NCBI GenBank assembly: GCA_028534125.1
Contig: CM052818.1
Location: forward strand, 46,812,001-46,876,000
Source: Lama glama
Lineage: Eukaryota
Direction of reading: 5' to 3'
Length of the DNA: 64,000 bases
Part shown: piece after piece, positions 1 through 12,665 of the stretch
Position numbering within the stretch: position 1 is the stretch's first letter
Layout: every line of letters begins with the position of its first letter
Position numbers and translations under genes: made by a program
The notes under the pieces: model-generated
Database searches by the model: none
What the model saw: only the letters and a program-made list of their open reading frames with translations
What the model was told of the DNA's origin: nothing

Positions 1-53
1 GTAGATGGAAAATTTCTGGACAGATCCATAGGAACCAGGATGGTGTTACTTCT

Positions 54-75
54 AGAGAGAGAGTGTGTGTGTGTG
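54..75. repeat. Compound (AG)n(GT)n microsatellite
   Basis: agagagagagtgtgtgtgtgtg read directly. Confidence 0.85.
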
Positions 76-2859
76 GGGGGCTCTGAAACAGGCAGGAGGC
101 TAACTTGACATTGTACAACATTTGTAGTGATCACATTTGAAAAAGGCAGCCTCTCCCTCCAACAAATATCTGACCCCTCATAGGCCCTTTTGAAAATCAA
201 ATTAGATACCTCAATTCAGATCCATAAGCTTTTAGAAAGCACTGATTAAGTTCCAGCCACTGGCTAATGTACGTAAAAACCGTTTCACAAGCTGTTAACC
301 ACCACATAGACGGAGAGCAACTAGTTACTTCAATAAATCAAACTATAGTACAGCTAATTAACCAGTATTTATAAGAACCAGCTTCCATGTACAAGCTGGA
401 ACTCTCCAGAACATGGAGATTCATTGCAAATGTGCAGTCATTGCTAGTTTATTAAGTGCTGGATTTTAACAGTACAAGATTACAAAGTTGCAACCTTGAG
501 AAGCACAGTGTGACAACTCTCTCCAAATCCTTCCAGGAAGCCAGAAAGCCCTGAGAAGATATTTAGACTCGGGAAAGGCTGTTATATATCACAAGACCTG
601 TGACAGGAGAGGGGGGGAGGGAGGGGCTGGGAGAGGAATGCTGCCGCTGGGTCACTTTTAAACAGCACAAGGCAGGCATCTTTCTCTAGGGCACCGTGGT
701 ACCACTGTGCTTCTTTGGCCCATCCTTACTGAGCCTTCTTGGCTTGTAGATGTTTAAATAGGTTATAAATATTCAAATATTCATTAAACAACGCCTGCTC
801 CGAGCACTCACCACCTTCTGACTGCAGTCCTCGGGGCCATTCCCCCTCTGCACTCCCAGGGCACTGATGTTATTAGGTGAGTCTCTTTTAGTTAAGATTT
901 CTACCGTCCCCAACTGGCCTGACAGCCTTCTTCTAGCTTCTGTGTGGGTTCTGGAAGTGGATTACAGTGTGTGGCCCAGTGGCCTGTGAGGTGGTGGCTG
1001 GTGTGTTTTCCAGCATCGCCTCCCAGAGCAGCTTGAGTCAGTAGATCAGTAAGCCTCCATCCTGGCCCCCTGAAGACTATGCCTAGAAAAGGAGGTGCTT
1101 CTTAGAGCCCCCAAAGGCATCACACTGCCTTTGGGGGTTTTACACCGTTGCCCTGGGCACTCACAGTAGGGCCCTCCCAGGGAAAGCTGGCGGCTTTGGT
1201 GCCCTTTGTCACTGCAGTCCAGGTAGGAGGCTGCTGGAGGACGCCTGGAGGGAGATAATGAGTTGGGGACACAGGGAACAGGATGGACGGTCGTATTTGG
1301 TGCTGTGCTGTTGAGGCGGCCCCTGGTTACATTGTGCCTGGCATCTTTCCAATATTCAGAGCTTTATCGGGGAAAGTGAGGTTCCCCAGCCCCCATGTGG
1401 GTGGAAAGCCTGCTCCCCCGGGAAGTCCTGCCGTGGGCGGAGAGCGGGGAGCAGAAGTGGGCGAGCTCACTTCCTCTCCTCAGGAGCACACTGTGGTTCT
1501 CTGGGCCCCGCACTCCCGCGGTCAGCCCGCAGGAGAGCCAACAGCCTCCGAAGGTCAGATGTGCCCTCCACCTGGGCTGGCTGGAATCCTGGGGAGGCGA
1601 CCGTGCTGTGGGTGACCTGGGGAGGCCAGGCAGGTGGAGGGGCCCTCCAACTCCTGTCAGTCCTCCTTTAGAATCATACCCTCACCTCAAGATTTGCTTT
1701 CAAACCTCATTTTTCTCACTGCAAAGCAAATGTGTCATCTTCGGATTTAGTTGCAAATCTATCCCAGATTTGGGGTTCATTTAAAATTTGTCTTGAGCTA
1801 GTCTGCCTTGTCTTGGTTTGAAATGAGCTGTTCTGGCTCCTGAGAGGTGCCCTGACCCAGGACCACCCTTGCTGCCTTGTGGGGTCGGCCCCTGGCTGGG
1901 CACCTTCACACCCCACTTCCATCTGCGCATGCCCATCTCCCCCACCATGCTGCCCTCTGGTTTGGTCCCACTGGCCTCCCAGTTGCTTCAGCCCCTCTGC
2001 ACCTGGAGTCTGCTGCACTTGTGTCCTGCAGTTGTTCTGAGAACTAAGTGAATTAACCAGGAGACCCTCTGGCTTTGGACCCACTGCTCTGTCTTCTGGC
2101 TGCTGGCTGAGTCCTGCCTCTTAAACCTGGCAGTGTGACCTCTGTGGCTGGACCAGGTCCTTAGGGGTTAGACGTGAACTCAGCTTCAGGCAGGTGAAGC
2201 AGAGCTCAAGATGCATGTGGAAGATGGTCCCCTCTCACCCACCCCCTACCTGAGCCTCTGAGAGCTGTCAGTCTCTTTCTTGGAGCCCAGCATCTCCTGC
2301 TCTACCAAGCAGCCTAGGGCCAGGTTTCCGCTCCTGAGCCCAGAGCTGTGAAGAATGGTTGCAGCCACAGGTATCAGAGGAGAAGCCTCTAGAGGTGTCT
2401 GGTGCCATGTGGGTGCTATCTCTAGGGGACCAAGCTCCATACTCAGTAGCTGGGAGTCTAATCACTTATGGAGCAGCATCCCCATGTATCCCATGTATTC
2501 CTCCTGTATCCCAGCAGGATGGTGTCTCAAACTTGAGATCTTTAATTCTCACCTAGCAACGCCCATGTCAGGTGACTTACAGCCAACTTAGAAGTGGAAA
2601 GTTCAGACATTTCTGAGTGGTTTGAGTAATAATAAAAAAAGGATCCTAAAAGAAAATGAAAAAAGCCCCAGAAAACCCAGACTTTCCCAGATCCCCAAAC
2701 CCAGTTGTGCTTCTCTTTCCTTGGGAAGTTGACAGGGTTTCCAGCTCTTTTTACTGAGATATGGTCAAGGGCACATCTCAGGTACATTGGCCATGATGGG
2801 GCACATGGCAATAGTGATTGGGTCATTCTGGTCACAAATGGACCAGGGAAGTTGTAGCC

Positions 2860-3340
2860 TGTGTTAGTCAGGGTTCTCTGGAGAAAAATCATTAGTAGGT
2901 TTCTGTAACTATATATATATATCTGTATCTGTATCTATATCATATCTACCTACCTATGGACTATCTATCTATGGTGAGATGTGTTTGTTTTGAGGAATTG
3001 GCTTATGAGATTGTGGGGGCTGGCAAGTCCAAAATCTACAGGGTAGCCTGGCAGGCTGGAGATCCAGAAATAATTGATGTCACAGCTCAAGTCCAAAGGC
3101 CATTTGCAGGCAGAATTCTGTCTTTTTCAGGGAAGATCAGATTTTTCTGTCAAGGCCCTCAACTGATTGGACGAGGCCCACCCACACTCCCACTTTATGG
3201 AGACTAATCTCCTTCCCTTTGACCTGCTGATTTAAATATTAATTTCATCCAAAAAAACCCACCCCACTTTCATTGAAACATCTAGAATAATGTTTGACCA
3301 AATCTCTGAGTCCTGTCAGGATAGCCAAGTTGCTATCACA
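2860..3340 (-). mobile_element. MLT2-family (ERVL) solo LTR
   Basis: TG...CA ends (tgtgttagtcagggttctc...gctatcaca), MLT2-type core 'caactgattggacgaggcccaccca', internal (TA)/(TATC) tract, and near-identical 5-bp flanks TAGCC/TGGCC. Confidence 0.85.
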
Positions 3341-3524
3341 TGGCCCCCAAGGACCCAGGGCACTCACCGGTTTACCTGAAGGCTTATTTGTCCTCCATCC
3401 TCATGGTGTAACCTGCTGTCTGCCCACTGCCACTGTGGGCCACAGTGCTTGCAGCCTGGGTACCCTTCAGCTTGCTGCTCACTCAGACTCAGTCAGAAGT
3501 CTTCTCAGCACAGTTCTCAAGTCT

Positions 3525-3720
3525 ATGGTGATGGGTTTTGATGTCAGACACACCTGGGGTTTGAATCTTGGCTTTGCAACTTACACGCAAAACTGATATA
3601 AGTTCTTTGATTGTCAATTTTTCTACCCATACAATAAGTAAAAGTACTTCTTAACCTTGTAGGGCTCTTATGAAGTTTAAATGAAATGATGGTTAAGGTA
3701 TATTTACATAGTAGCCAACA
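3525..3720 (+). mobile_element. MIR SINE (degraded)
   Basis: 'tcagacacacctggggtttgaatcttggcttt...tatgaagtttaaatgaaatgatg' resembles MIR. Confidence 0.65.
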
Positions 3721-3724
3721 CTGG

Positions 3725-4210
3725 ACATGGTGCTGGACACAGTTTTAAGCTTTTCCAAGCAATTTACGGGCTCATTTAGTCCCCTCCAATAACCCTCTTA
3801 GGTAGGTATTATTATCTTTCTCCATTTATTAAAAAACACAGTTTTATTGAGATATAATTCACGTATCATACAATGCACTCATTAAAAGCATACAATTCAT
3901 TGTTTCTTGGTATATTGCATTAACTTTGTAAAATTGTGATAAAACATACATAACATAAAATTTTCCATTTTAAGTATGCAATTCAGTGACACAAATTATA
4001 TTTGCAATGTTGTGCATCTACTACTGCTATCTATTTCTCCAAATTTTTCATCATCCCTCCCCAAACAGAAACTCTGAAACTGTTAAGCATATTATCCCCA
4101 CTTTATAGATGAGAAAACTAAGGCTTGGAAAGGTGAGGAAACTTGTCCCAGGTCACACAGCCAAGGTTTGAACAGGTAATTTGGGTCCAGAGCTTGTGCT
4201 CTTATTCCCC
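3725..4210 (-). mobile_element. MIR split by L1 insertion(s); MIR parts about 3725-3828 and 4090-4210
   Basis: 'ggtaggtattattatc' then resumes 'ttatccccactttatagatgagaaaactaaggc...ttgtcccaggtcacacagc'. Confidence 0.75.
3829..4089 (-). mobile_element. L1M (L1MB-like) 3' end fragments
   Basis: 'ttttattgagatataattcac' and 'attgtgataaaacatacataacataaaattttccatttt...ccaaacagaaactctg' match L1 3' termini. Confidence 0.75.
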
Positions 4211-4224
4211 AGTGACCTGGGTGT

Positions 4225-4440
4225 CCAATAATAACTCATGTTTATTGTGAACCCACCATGTGCCACACTGTCCTTCAGTCTTTATGACAAGCCTGCAAGA
4301 TAGCTATCATTGTCCCTAGTTTACAGCTGAGGAAACAGAGGCTCCAGGAAGTTGGACAGCTTTCCCAAGATTACCGTCACAGCCTGAGGCAGGGCTGGAG
4401 TTTGAAGCTGGGTCTCCCTGTCCCCACGGTCCACACTCTT
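4225..4440 (-). mobile_element. MIR SINE
   Basis: core 'tttacagctgaggaaacagaggctc...ggagtttgaagctgggtct'. Confidence 0.7.
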
Positions 4441-5029
4441 CCCACCTTGCTGAGCACCCCTGCCCAGGACCAGCAGGGTCTTATGGCTTTCCTGGTTCCT
4501 CGCCTAATGCCCAGCACACAATAGGTTCACGACGGGAGAGCTGAATTGCCCTTCAAGATTGCAGTTGGGAAGGAAGCCTGGCTGTTCAGAGGAGCACCCA
4601 GTGGTTCCTATAGATGGAGAACTCAGGTCAGGGTGGGAGGAACCTTTATTCCCACAGGCAGGATGGGGCGGGTGGGGTGGGGTAGGGGAGCGGTGTTTCC
4701 CGTCCTGGTTCATGAGAATCTTAAGGGGGAAGGTGTGGTGTGAAACAGAAGGGAAGCAAGTCGCCTCTCATCCCACCATAAATGGTTTCCAAGAGCCCCC
4801 AGTGCCCGCAGTGGGCCGGGCACAGGGTCTGCCTGAAGCTCATAGAGTTTGACCTGCTGGATTAGATGTTTGCAGACATTGCGAGAGTAGGGTGGGGTCT
4901 GGGAGGGGGAGGGTAAAGGAGGGAAAGATTATCAGGGCTCAGGAATAATGAAAGGATTCATCAGAAAAAGCAATGAAACGGACTTCACCAGAAGGAGGTG
5001 ATTTTGACAGATCAGGTGATGCTGGGAGG

Positions 5030-5540
5030 CAGGAATAGCGAAGCGGGAGCTGGAGCGGGACGGGCAGAAACGCAGGCTGTCCCGCAGGAGGTGGGCAAGG
5101 TAGGCAGGGAGGAGCCCTGCGGCCGGAGGCGAGGGCGGTGGGCGTGGCCGTGGGCGGTAGGCGGGGCCTACCCGAGCTCCTCCCCGAGGGCCCCAGCCCT
5201 CCTCTCTGAATCTGCGCGTGCTCTGCCCCGAGGGGAACCTGCGGCGCGCAGCCAGATGCAGGACGACCGGCTTCTCCCACTGAGCAGGAAGAGCTGCAGG
5301 TGGTGTCCAGTGTGTGTGTTCCTCTCGGCCTCTCATGTCTGGAAGGGGAATTCAGCAAGGACTCCAGTCTGGAGCTCTGACCCCAACTTCCTCAATCCAG
5401 GCTCTAGACAGGCGTCTGCGTAGCCAAGCCCCAGGGCCCGCGGGCCGTGCACCTGCTCTCCCTTTCCCTCCTCTGCACCCCGGCCCGCACTCCCTCTCTG
5501 TCCCCCTGCGTCTCCCCTCCCCCCGGGCTGTGTCCCTGTG
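5030..5540. promoter_or_regulatory. CpG-rich, GC-box-containing promoter/enhancer-like region
   Basis: Dense CpG with clustered GGGCGG/GGGCGTGG/GGCGGGG Sp/KLF boxes at about 5133-5167. Confidence 0.5.
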
Positions 5541-8098
5541 CGACCCTGGGCTGGCCTTCACCTAGCTGCATCCCTCTGCTCGGGTCATATATTCATGTCT
5601 CTCTCCTCAGCCAGGAGCTCCCGTGGGTAGAGACCGCTTCCGTTTTATGATTGCGTACAGGCAGGCATCTGGTAAGTGCGTGCTAGGGAGTGAACACGAA
5701 TGTGATGCTGGTCTCCTCTGAGCCCTGCCTTGGGCAGAACCCCCTCCCTCCAGCTACTGCATCCCCACTTCGCCATGACCAGGCTGGGCTGCACGGCACT
5801 CAGGGAGCCCATCCTGGCAGGACCACGTTCCTCCTCCCAGCTGGAGGGGCGCAAGCTTCTGGCCCTTAGGCCCTGAGCGGCCAGGTGCTCACACATCAGG
5901 TATGCTTCCCGGGTCCTGCTGTCCTGGGCGGTCCCATCCCCATGCTGGGGGAGGCCTCAGGTGGAAGGAGAAGCTGGAACAGACTAATGAAAGGCTTTTT
6001 CCTACAAAAAGCCCAGGTGAGCACTGGCTCCTGAGTCCAGGGGTGGCCCTGGCCCCAGTTTCTCTGGGCTCCTGCCTGGGGCATCTGCTCCCTGCCCTCA
6101 GAACAGGGCTGCCATCACCGGTGGAATCTGTGATGGGGGCGGTGTCTCTGATCTCAGCGGTGATGTGCAAAGCAACTTCATCAACTTCTTCAGCATTCCT
6201 GGAAAATGGCCTGAATTTTCTGTAAGAGGAAAGGAGGATCTTGGAACATTCCCGCTTCCTCTTCCTTCGCACAAATGTGACTCCTCCGGTCCCTCCAGTG
6301 GTGGAGTCAGTTCCTGGCTGGGAAGCCCGCCTGGCTCAGCCCCCCGGGTCTGATGGTGCGGCCTTCCAGTCGCTCTCCTGTCTGTCCTGAGCTCCCTTGC
6401 CGCCCCCAGCCCCAGAGGTAGCCCGGTCAGGAGGCTGGTGGGGGTCCTGGGGCTTCCCGAGGAGTTCCTGAACAGAGTTCCTCGGGAATGAGTTCCCAGG
6501 CTGCTCTGCCCGGGGCCCAGCTCCCTGTGGGACTCTGACCGCCGGCCACCCCTCTTCTGTCCTGTCTCCTGCCGCTGTGCCTTTTCTCCAAGCCCTGCTG
6601 AGCAGGGAAGGACTTAGAGGGGCAGGGCAGGAGAAGGCTGGCAGCTTGGACGCCTCTGGGCTCCGGGACCTCTCTCTCTGCCCAAGGAGGGGGAGTATCT
6701 GTGACCCATTTGGTAGCAGAAGGAGCAGGCGGCTTGGGTCTCTTTTCCAGAGGTGGTGGGACCTTCCCTCGGCCCCTCCCTCCCACAGCGCCCCTGGCCT
6801 TGCTGTGACCTGTGCTTCCTGCCAGGGTGCCCTCATCCCAGAGGGCTGTCTGGTAAGAAGGTTCGCAGGCCCCGGGGCTGGGAGGTGTCTCAGGACCGCA
6901 GGCCCTCCGCCTAGCGCTGAGAGTCTGAGGAGAACAGTGCAGCACCGGGCTCCATCCGGATTCGCCAGCCTGGCTCTGGGCCCTGACTCTTGCATCCGGC
7001 TGTGTGACCTTGTCTGTTCATGTGTCTGCATTATTAGACATTGCATCCAGCACCGAGTGCAGGGCCACACATACCGGGCACCCAGGAAACAAGTGTCCCT
7101 CCCTCTGGCTGCTGGCCGGTGGCTGGGCTTCTGTTGCTCTGCCTGCCTGCTTTTGGGAACACAGTGCACCCAGCACCCTCCCTCTGCTCTGAGAGCCAGC
7201 GAGTTCCCCGAGTGCCTCCCCACAGCCTCTTCCTGTCCCCTCTCCTGCCCACTCCCGCTCCCGACCCCCAGTGGCTTTCAGATCACACAGGGCTGCCTCA
7301 GCTCCTCGTGTACACAGAGGTGCTACAGTTTCCAGAAGAATCCTTGGACCTGAAGAATGCACCCACCACAGTCTGCCCCCCACCCCGCTGGGAGTCCCCC
7401 CCCCACTTCTCTCCACTCACACAGCTCTTGGGAACCCCTCCTCTTCTCTGCTCAAGGGGCAAGGCCTCACCCACCCCAGTGGCCCTGGGGCAGCTTTGTT
7501 GCCCCCACCAGCGGCTCTTCCCACAGGAGCAGCAAATTCTCCTTTGCCTGTTGGGCCCCTGGCTCCAGGCTGCGATCTGGAGACAACACAGTCACGGCCA
7601 CCAACATCTATTTTCTTGCAATCTGCAGCCTTGTCCTCTGAGATGAGGCCTTGAGGCTTTTCTCTTTTGCCCCAGGGTTACTTCAAGGGTGTAGGGTGGT
7701 GGGAACCGCCCCTCAGGGTGAGGGTGTGGTCTGACTTCATCATTGAAGGTTTCTCCAAGGGAGCTTCATGAAGAAATCTCTGATTTTCCCATTGTTGCAG
7801 AACAAAGCAAACCATAATTTAATTGTTTCACACCATAGACCACTAATTTCCTGCACTCATATTCTGTCTTACGAAAAATATTTGATTGTGCCTCCGGAGG
7901 GAAGAATTGGGCCACGAGTTGGGGTGGGGGTGGTGGTGATCAGTGTCTCTTATCAAGACATTAGTACCCTCACCGTCCCAGTTCCCTGAATGCTGAGACT
8001 CATTTAAAGTCACAATTATTATTATTTTTTTAAGTTGACTTTGTTGAGAAGTTGCTGAGTTTTGCCTGCGCAGCATGGATGCCTGACTCAGGAGTTTA

Positions 8099-8220
8099 AT
8101 CATTTGTTCATCAAATAATTAAAATTTCCTGAATATCGATACTGTGCCAGGCACCACGCTAGGTCAACTGTGGGGACACAGCCAGGAATCAGACGGATAC
8201 AGCCCACCCTCATGGAACTG
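8099..8220 (-). mobile_element. L2 3' end
   Basis: 'tcatttgttcatcaaata...tactgtgccaggcaccacgctagg...ccctcatggaactg'. Confidence 0.7.
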
Positions 8221-11009
8221 TGTGTCTGTTGGTTTGCACCCCAATTCTGCCATTTACTCTGTTGACTCATCATTCTGCGCTTCAGGGCCCTTATCTGTCA
8301 AATGAAGACGGGGATTCCTGTCTCCCTGAGTCTGCCTGGCACCTGGGAGTTAGACACACTACATGGCAGCCAGACTTCTGCCATTTCCCAGGCTGTCGAC
8401 TTGTCCTCTTTCTTCTCACGTGGAGATTGCCTGGCACACTACTTAACTGCTGACCCTCGAGTCACCGGCCATGCTGCGTTTTTGAGTCCCTTGGAAGGAT
8501 CCTGGGGAGTTGGCCGATGGGCTCCAGGTACACGCCAGGCTGTGGGCGGTGCTGAGCAACCCAGAGTGGGAGCTGTCGCCATGTCCTGCTCCAATTTGTT
8601 TCTCTGTGTGCTTTGTAATCGGGCCGCTCTCTCTCCGTCAGCTAGAGTTGTTAATGACCTTGAGAAGCGATCCCAGCCCATATTCAGGGCATCCTGATCT
8701 TTTGAAGTCACCCACTTTCTTTGTGGCTCTAAAGGCATTTGAGTTTTCCCCTCTGGGGCATGCCCTCTCTTCCGCTTTGAAGCTGCCTCTGTAACAACAG
8801 GACTCAGAATTATTAATTCCTGCTGCACAGCGAGGTGCAGTTTTATTACACAAAAAGGGGGGAAATATAATTGCTATCTTGAGTAATCATTCTCCGAAGG
8901 CTGCGAGCATAACCTTTAATTAATATTTCATCTGCAGCCAGGGTGGGTAACTTGAATAGGGCCTAAAAATATTGCTGTCCCCGTGCACCGGGGGATCATG
9001 AACTAGGAGACGTGGAGCCAGTGTGTGCTAGTCAACTGTTTGCAATCATTTCTAAAATTAAAAATGTTTAACCCATAATGAAATGGGGAGAGGCGTGTAG
9101 CGCTGCAGCTCTTTACTGGGGGGGTGGGGATGAAGGTGCAAAATCCAGGCGGAATTCATCTCAGCTCCCTCCACCTGCCCGTGGGATGCAGCTGGGGCCC
9201 AGGGGACGGGGGGCCAGCGACTCGCTTGCTGATCAAAGCTGGGCTCCCAGGTCAGGCCCGACAGGCACGGCGCGGCCGGACGCGCACAGGTCAGCGGGTT
9301 TAAGATGAACGGGAAGCGCCCTGGTCTTTGATGTTCCCTGGAGAGGCCACTTGAGATGTTCTAAGTGCCTTCTGGGAGAAAGCCAAAGCTGTTTCCCTGG
9401 GTGGCTGGGAACCCAGGGAGACGCCCTCGAGGGGCACTTGAGGGGCAGGGGGAGGGCAGGTGAGGGCTGCGGGGAGGGTGTGAGGGGAGCAGGTCAAGTG
9501 TACACAAATGTCGACGCAGATCCTTTGGTGGCCGATTCCAGACGGCTTCCTTCCCAGCCTTGGGGATTCTTCTGGTGGGGAACCCAGGGCTGGCTCCTGG
9601 GAGGTGGCTAAAGGCCTTAAGACACACAAGCCCTGGTTGTCGTGGTCTTCACTGGATTTCACAGACCTGCGCTCACAGTCCTCCATCTGAGACCTGGGGG
9701 CATGCGGTGATGTCAGCCACTACGGGCATCAGTCCAGTTCTCAGCCCCTGGGATTTATCTCATCAGGGCCTCCCGACAGCCTATGAAGATGAAGATGCCT
9801 CTTATAGGTGAGGAACCTGAGTCTTTTAGCCCAGGTCTTGATTCCCAAGGTCACACAGCCGTGGGTGAGCTGGCATGGATGCTGGCCGCCTGGTTGGGTG
9901 CAGACAACTGTGGATCCTTGGGGCGGGCATTTGGTGACCACAGCCGCAGCCCTGCGTGAGGCCTGCTCGCTGCACCCTGCGCTCTCCTGTCTGTGTCTCC
10001 CTTTGAGCTTGAATTTGCAGGAGACCTGACCCCTAACCCAGGGCGCGTCCCTGTGAAGGGGCGAATCGTTTAACTTTATAAACACCTTTGCAATTATCCG
10101 ACACACCTGTGTCCCACCCTGGAGCTGCTGTATCTCTGTGTTCTTGGGCCTACCGAATTTTCCTGAAAAAAAAAAAAAAAGCTTTAAAACCATTGGCCAG
10201 TAGGTTCCTTCCCGTATTACTGATGACAGAGAGGGTTGTCGCAATCATGAATCGTCTTGGAATTTCTACATGTGCTCAAGTCGGCTTCACATGTGTGCCT
10301 GAAGCCTCACTGTTGTCAAAGCTCCCTCCCTGGGAGGAAAGACAAGGGGTGAACTGCCAGCCACCCCCTTGCTGGTCCCGCAACAGCAACTGGGTCCAGT
10401 CATGAAGGAGGCTGGGGAGGAGTGAGGATTTGAGGGGTGGCTGTCAATTCAGTCTTTCTTTTTCTCTGAAAGTCATAGAGGAAGGAAGTCAGCAAGGCAG
10501 GACCTGGTGGCGCCTCTCTGCTCTCAGTGTACTTCATGTGACCTCTCGGCAGCCTGGCCACCGGGTCCCCCAGTGCTTCCCATTTGACACCCGAGGAGAC
10601 TGAAGTCCTGTCCCCAGAATTTGAACCTGGTCCTCTCTTCTCCGTCCTGGGGAAAGCCAACCTCACGGAGCAAGGCAGTGGGTGCTGGCCCTCCCACCTG
10701 GACACACCGCCTTCCTCCCCTTGCTCTGGGTTCACCAGCCTTTGCTCCTGCCAGATCTGTGCCTGCTAAAGAGGTTGAAGAGTGACTGTGTTTTGTTTCT
10801 TTCCCTCTTTACTGATTTCTTTTTTGAAAAATTAAAAAGTGACACTTGCTTACAGAAAATTGAGTTTTCTTCCCTAATCCTATCCCTTAGAGGTCACCGC
10901 AGTAAACTTGGTGAGTGGGTTCCAGACTTTGTTCCTAGGCACATGTGAACCTTTAAAGGTAGATATAGATACCCCCCCTCCAGAACCTCTTATTTATTTG
11001 AAATGAGCA

Positions 11010-11235
11010 CATATAAGCCATGTTTGTAAAAGCTCAAGATTGGAAATACTTGAAATGAGATAACCTCAGTAGGAGATCAGGTAGATCCTTTGTGATATGG
11101 CCATTCGGTAGAAATATTGTTTGGCTGTTAGAAAGACAGCTCTCCATGTACAGCTGCAAGAGCTGTTTACCATGTACCATTAGATAAAGAAGTGAAGGAG
11201 GAATTGCCTGTGTCGGGTAGACAATGCTTAATTTC
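11010..11235 (+). mobile_element. Old L1ME-like remnant
   Basis: 'tgtttgtaaaagctcaagattggaaata...atggccattcggtagaaatatt' resembles the L1 ORF2-end/3'UTR. Confidence 0.4.
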
Positions 11236-12199
11236 CATAGTGGCTTCACTTGGGTGGGCAGTCCATCCAGATGCAGCCCAGGATCCCTGTGCGGATTTGA
11301 CATCAGTGTCAGTGGCTGGATGGCTCTGGCCCAAGCTGCCTGTGACATCAGGATGCTTCCAGAGAGCCGTGGCCGCCCCAGAGGAAGTCACTTGCCGCTG
11401 TGCTCAGGGGAAGTCATATGGTAAGTGCTTGGGCAGGGGTTGGGGGAGGGGCTGAAGGGCAGGGGCAACTGAGGACCCCAAACTTGAACTGAAGCCTTCC
11501 TGGAGGGCAGCGCCTCAGAACTGTTCACTCTGTTTCTACACAGGCAGACGCTTAGGCCCAGAGAGGGGAAGTGACCTGTCCGATGTCACACAGCAATTGG
11601 AGATGGGGCTCAGCGGGCTCCCCAGGGTTGCTGGGTGTGACTCTGGAGTCTGTGCCTGGGGGTGCACACTGGGGCTGCGGCTCCTCCAGCCTTCCAAGGA
11701 GCCTGTGTTCTCTGGGCGGCCGTCTTAACTTGCCGTCTCCTCCCTTCCTCTGCCCGCAGCCCCCTCAGTTTGGTCTCTCTGCCCCCGGGTCAGAGCTGAC
11801 GCAGCTTGGGCAACTTGTTGAAAGCCCTGGGTGACAGTTGTGATGTGATCAGTCTCTTCAAAATCCTTGGACGTTGCTGGTGTGCGATGTGGGTGTACGG
11901 CGTGTGTGAGGGAGACAGGTGTGACTCAGCCACAGAAGCATTTGAACTGACCCAGGTGCAGGGGCGGCCAGCGGGAGCCGTGTCTCCCCCGAGCCAGTCT
12001 GTCCCCGCAGAGCCTGGGACTCCGAGCTGGGGAGGCGAGCTCCTAGGAATAGTAAACCGCTGTTTTCTTGCCCGCTGTTTGCCCTCATTAATTCAGGTAG
12101 CAATTACCCATTCTGAATATTTGGCAACTAGTTCTTTTTTCCTCTGGAGATGGCAGAACGGGGACTGCTCTGACCTGATTCACTGTCTCAGTTTCCGGA

Positions 12200-12665
12200 A
12201 GAGGTGGGAGGGGGCTGAAGGAGGGCGGGGGCCGAGGGGGAGGGGAATCGGCTCGGGGCCTGGGATGCCCCTTTAGCTGGCCGGGTCCTTGCTACAGGTC
12301 TGCGGGGACGATGAAAATAACCCACCCAGTTTGGTTCAGTTCTTGCTTTCCCGTCGCCTGGCCCGCCTCCGCTGTGGGTGCAGCTCCCGGGAGTCCGCCT
12401 GACGACGTAGGCGGCGGCGTCACAGCAGAAGTTCGAGGCTGCCCGCCCTGCTGGTTCTCCTCATTCGGCAGCTGTGCCCCCTGAATCCACGGGGTGACGA
12501 GGGACCCAGAGCGCAGGGACAGTGTTCTGGGTGAGAAGACGGGCACTCACCGTGGGGCGGGAGGCCGAAGGGCCCGCAGTTCGGGGAGACAGGCTGGGAG
12601 AGGCGGCCGGCGTCCCGGCTGCCCCAGCTCAGCTGTGCGTTGACTCGGAGTTCGCTTCTTAGCAA
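12200..12665. promoter_or_regulatory. CpG-rich regulatory-like segment
   Basis: High CpG density, GC box gggcgggg near 12223, and an ETS-like ccggaag just upstream. Confidence 0.4.
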
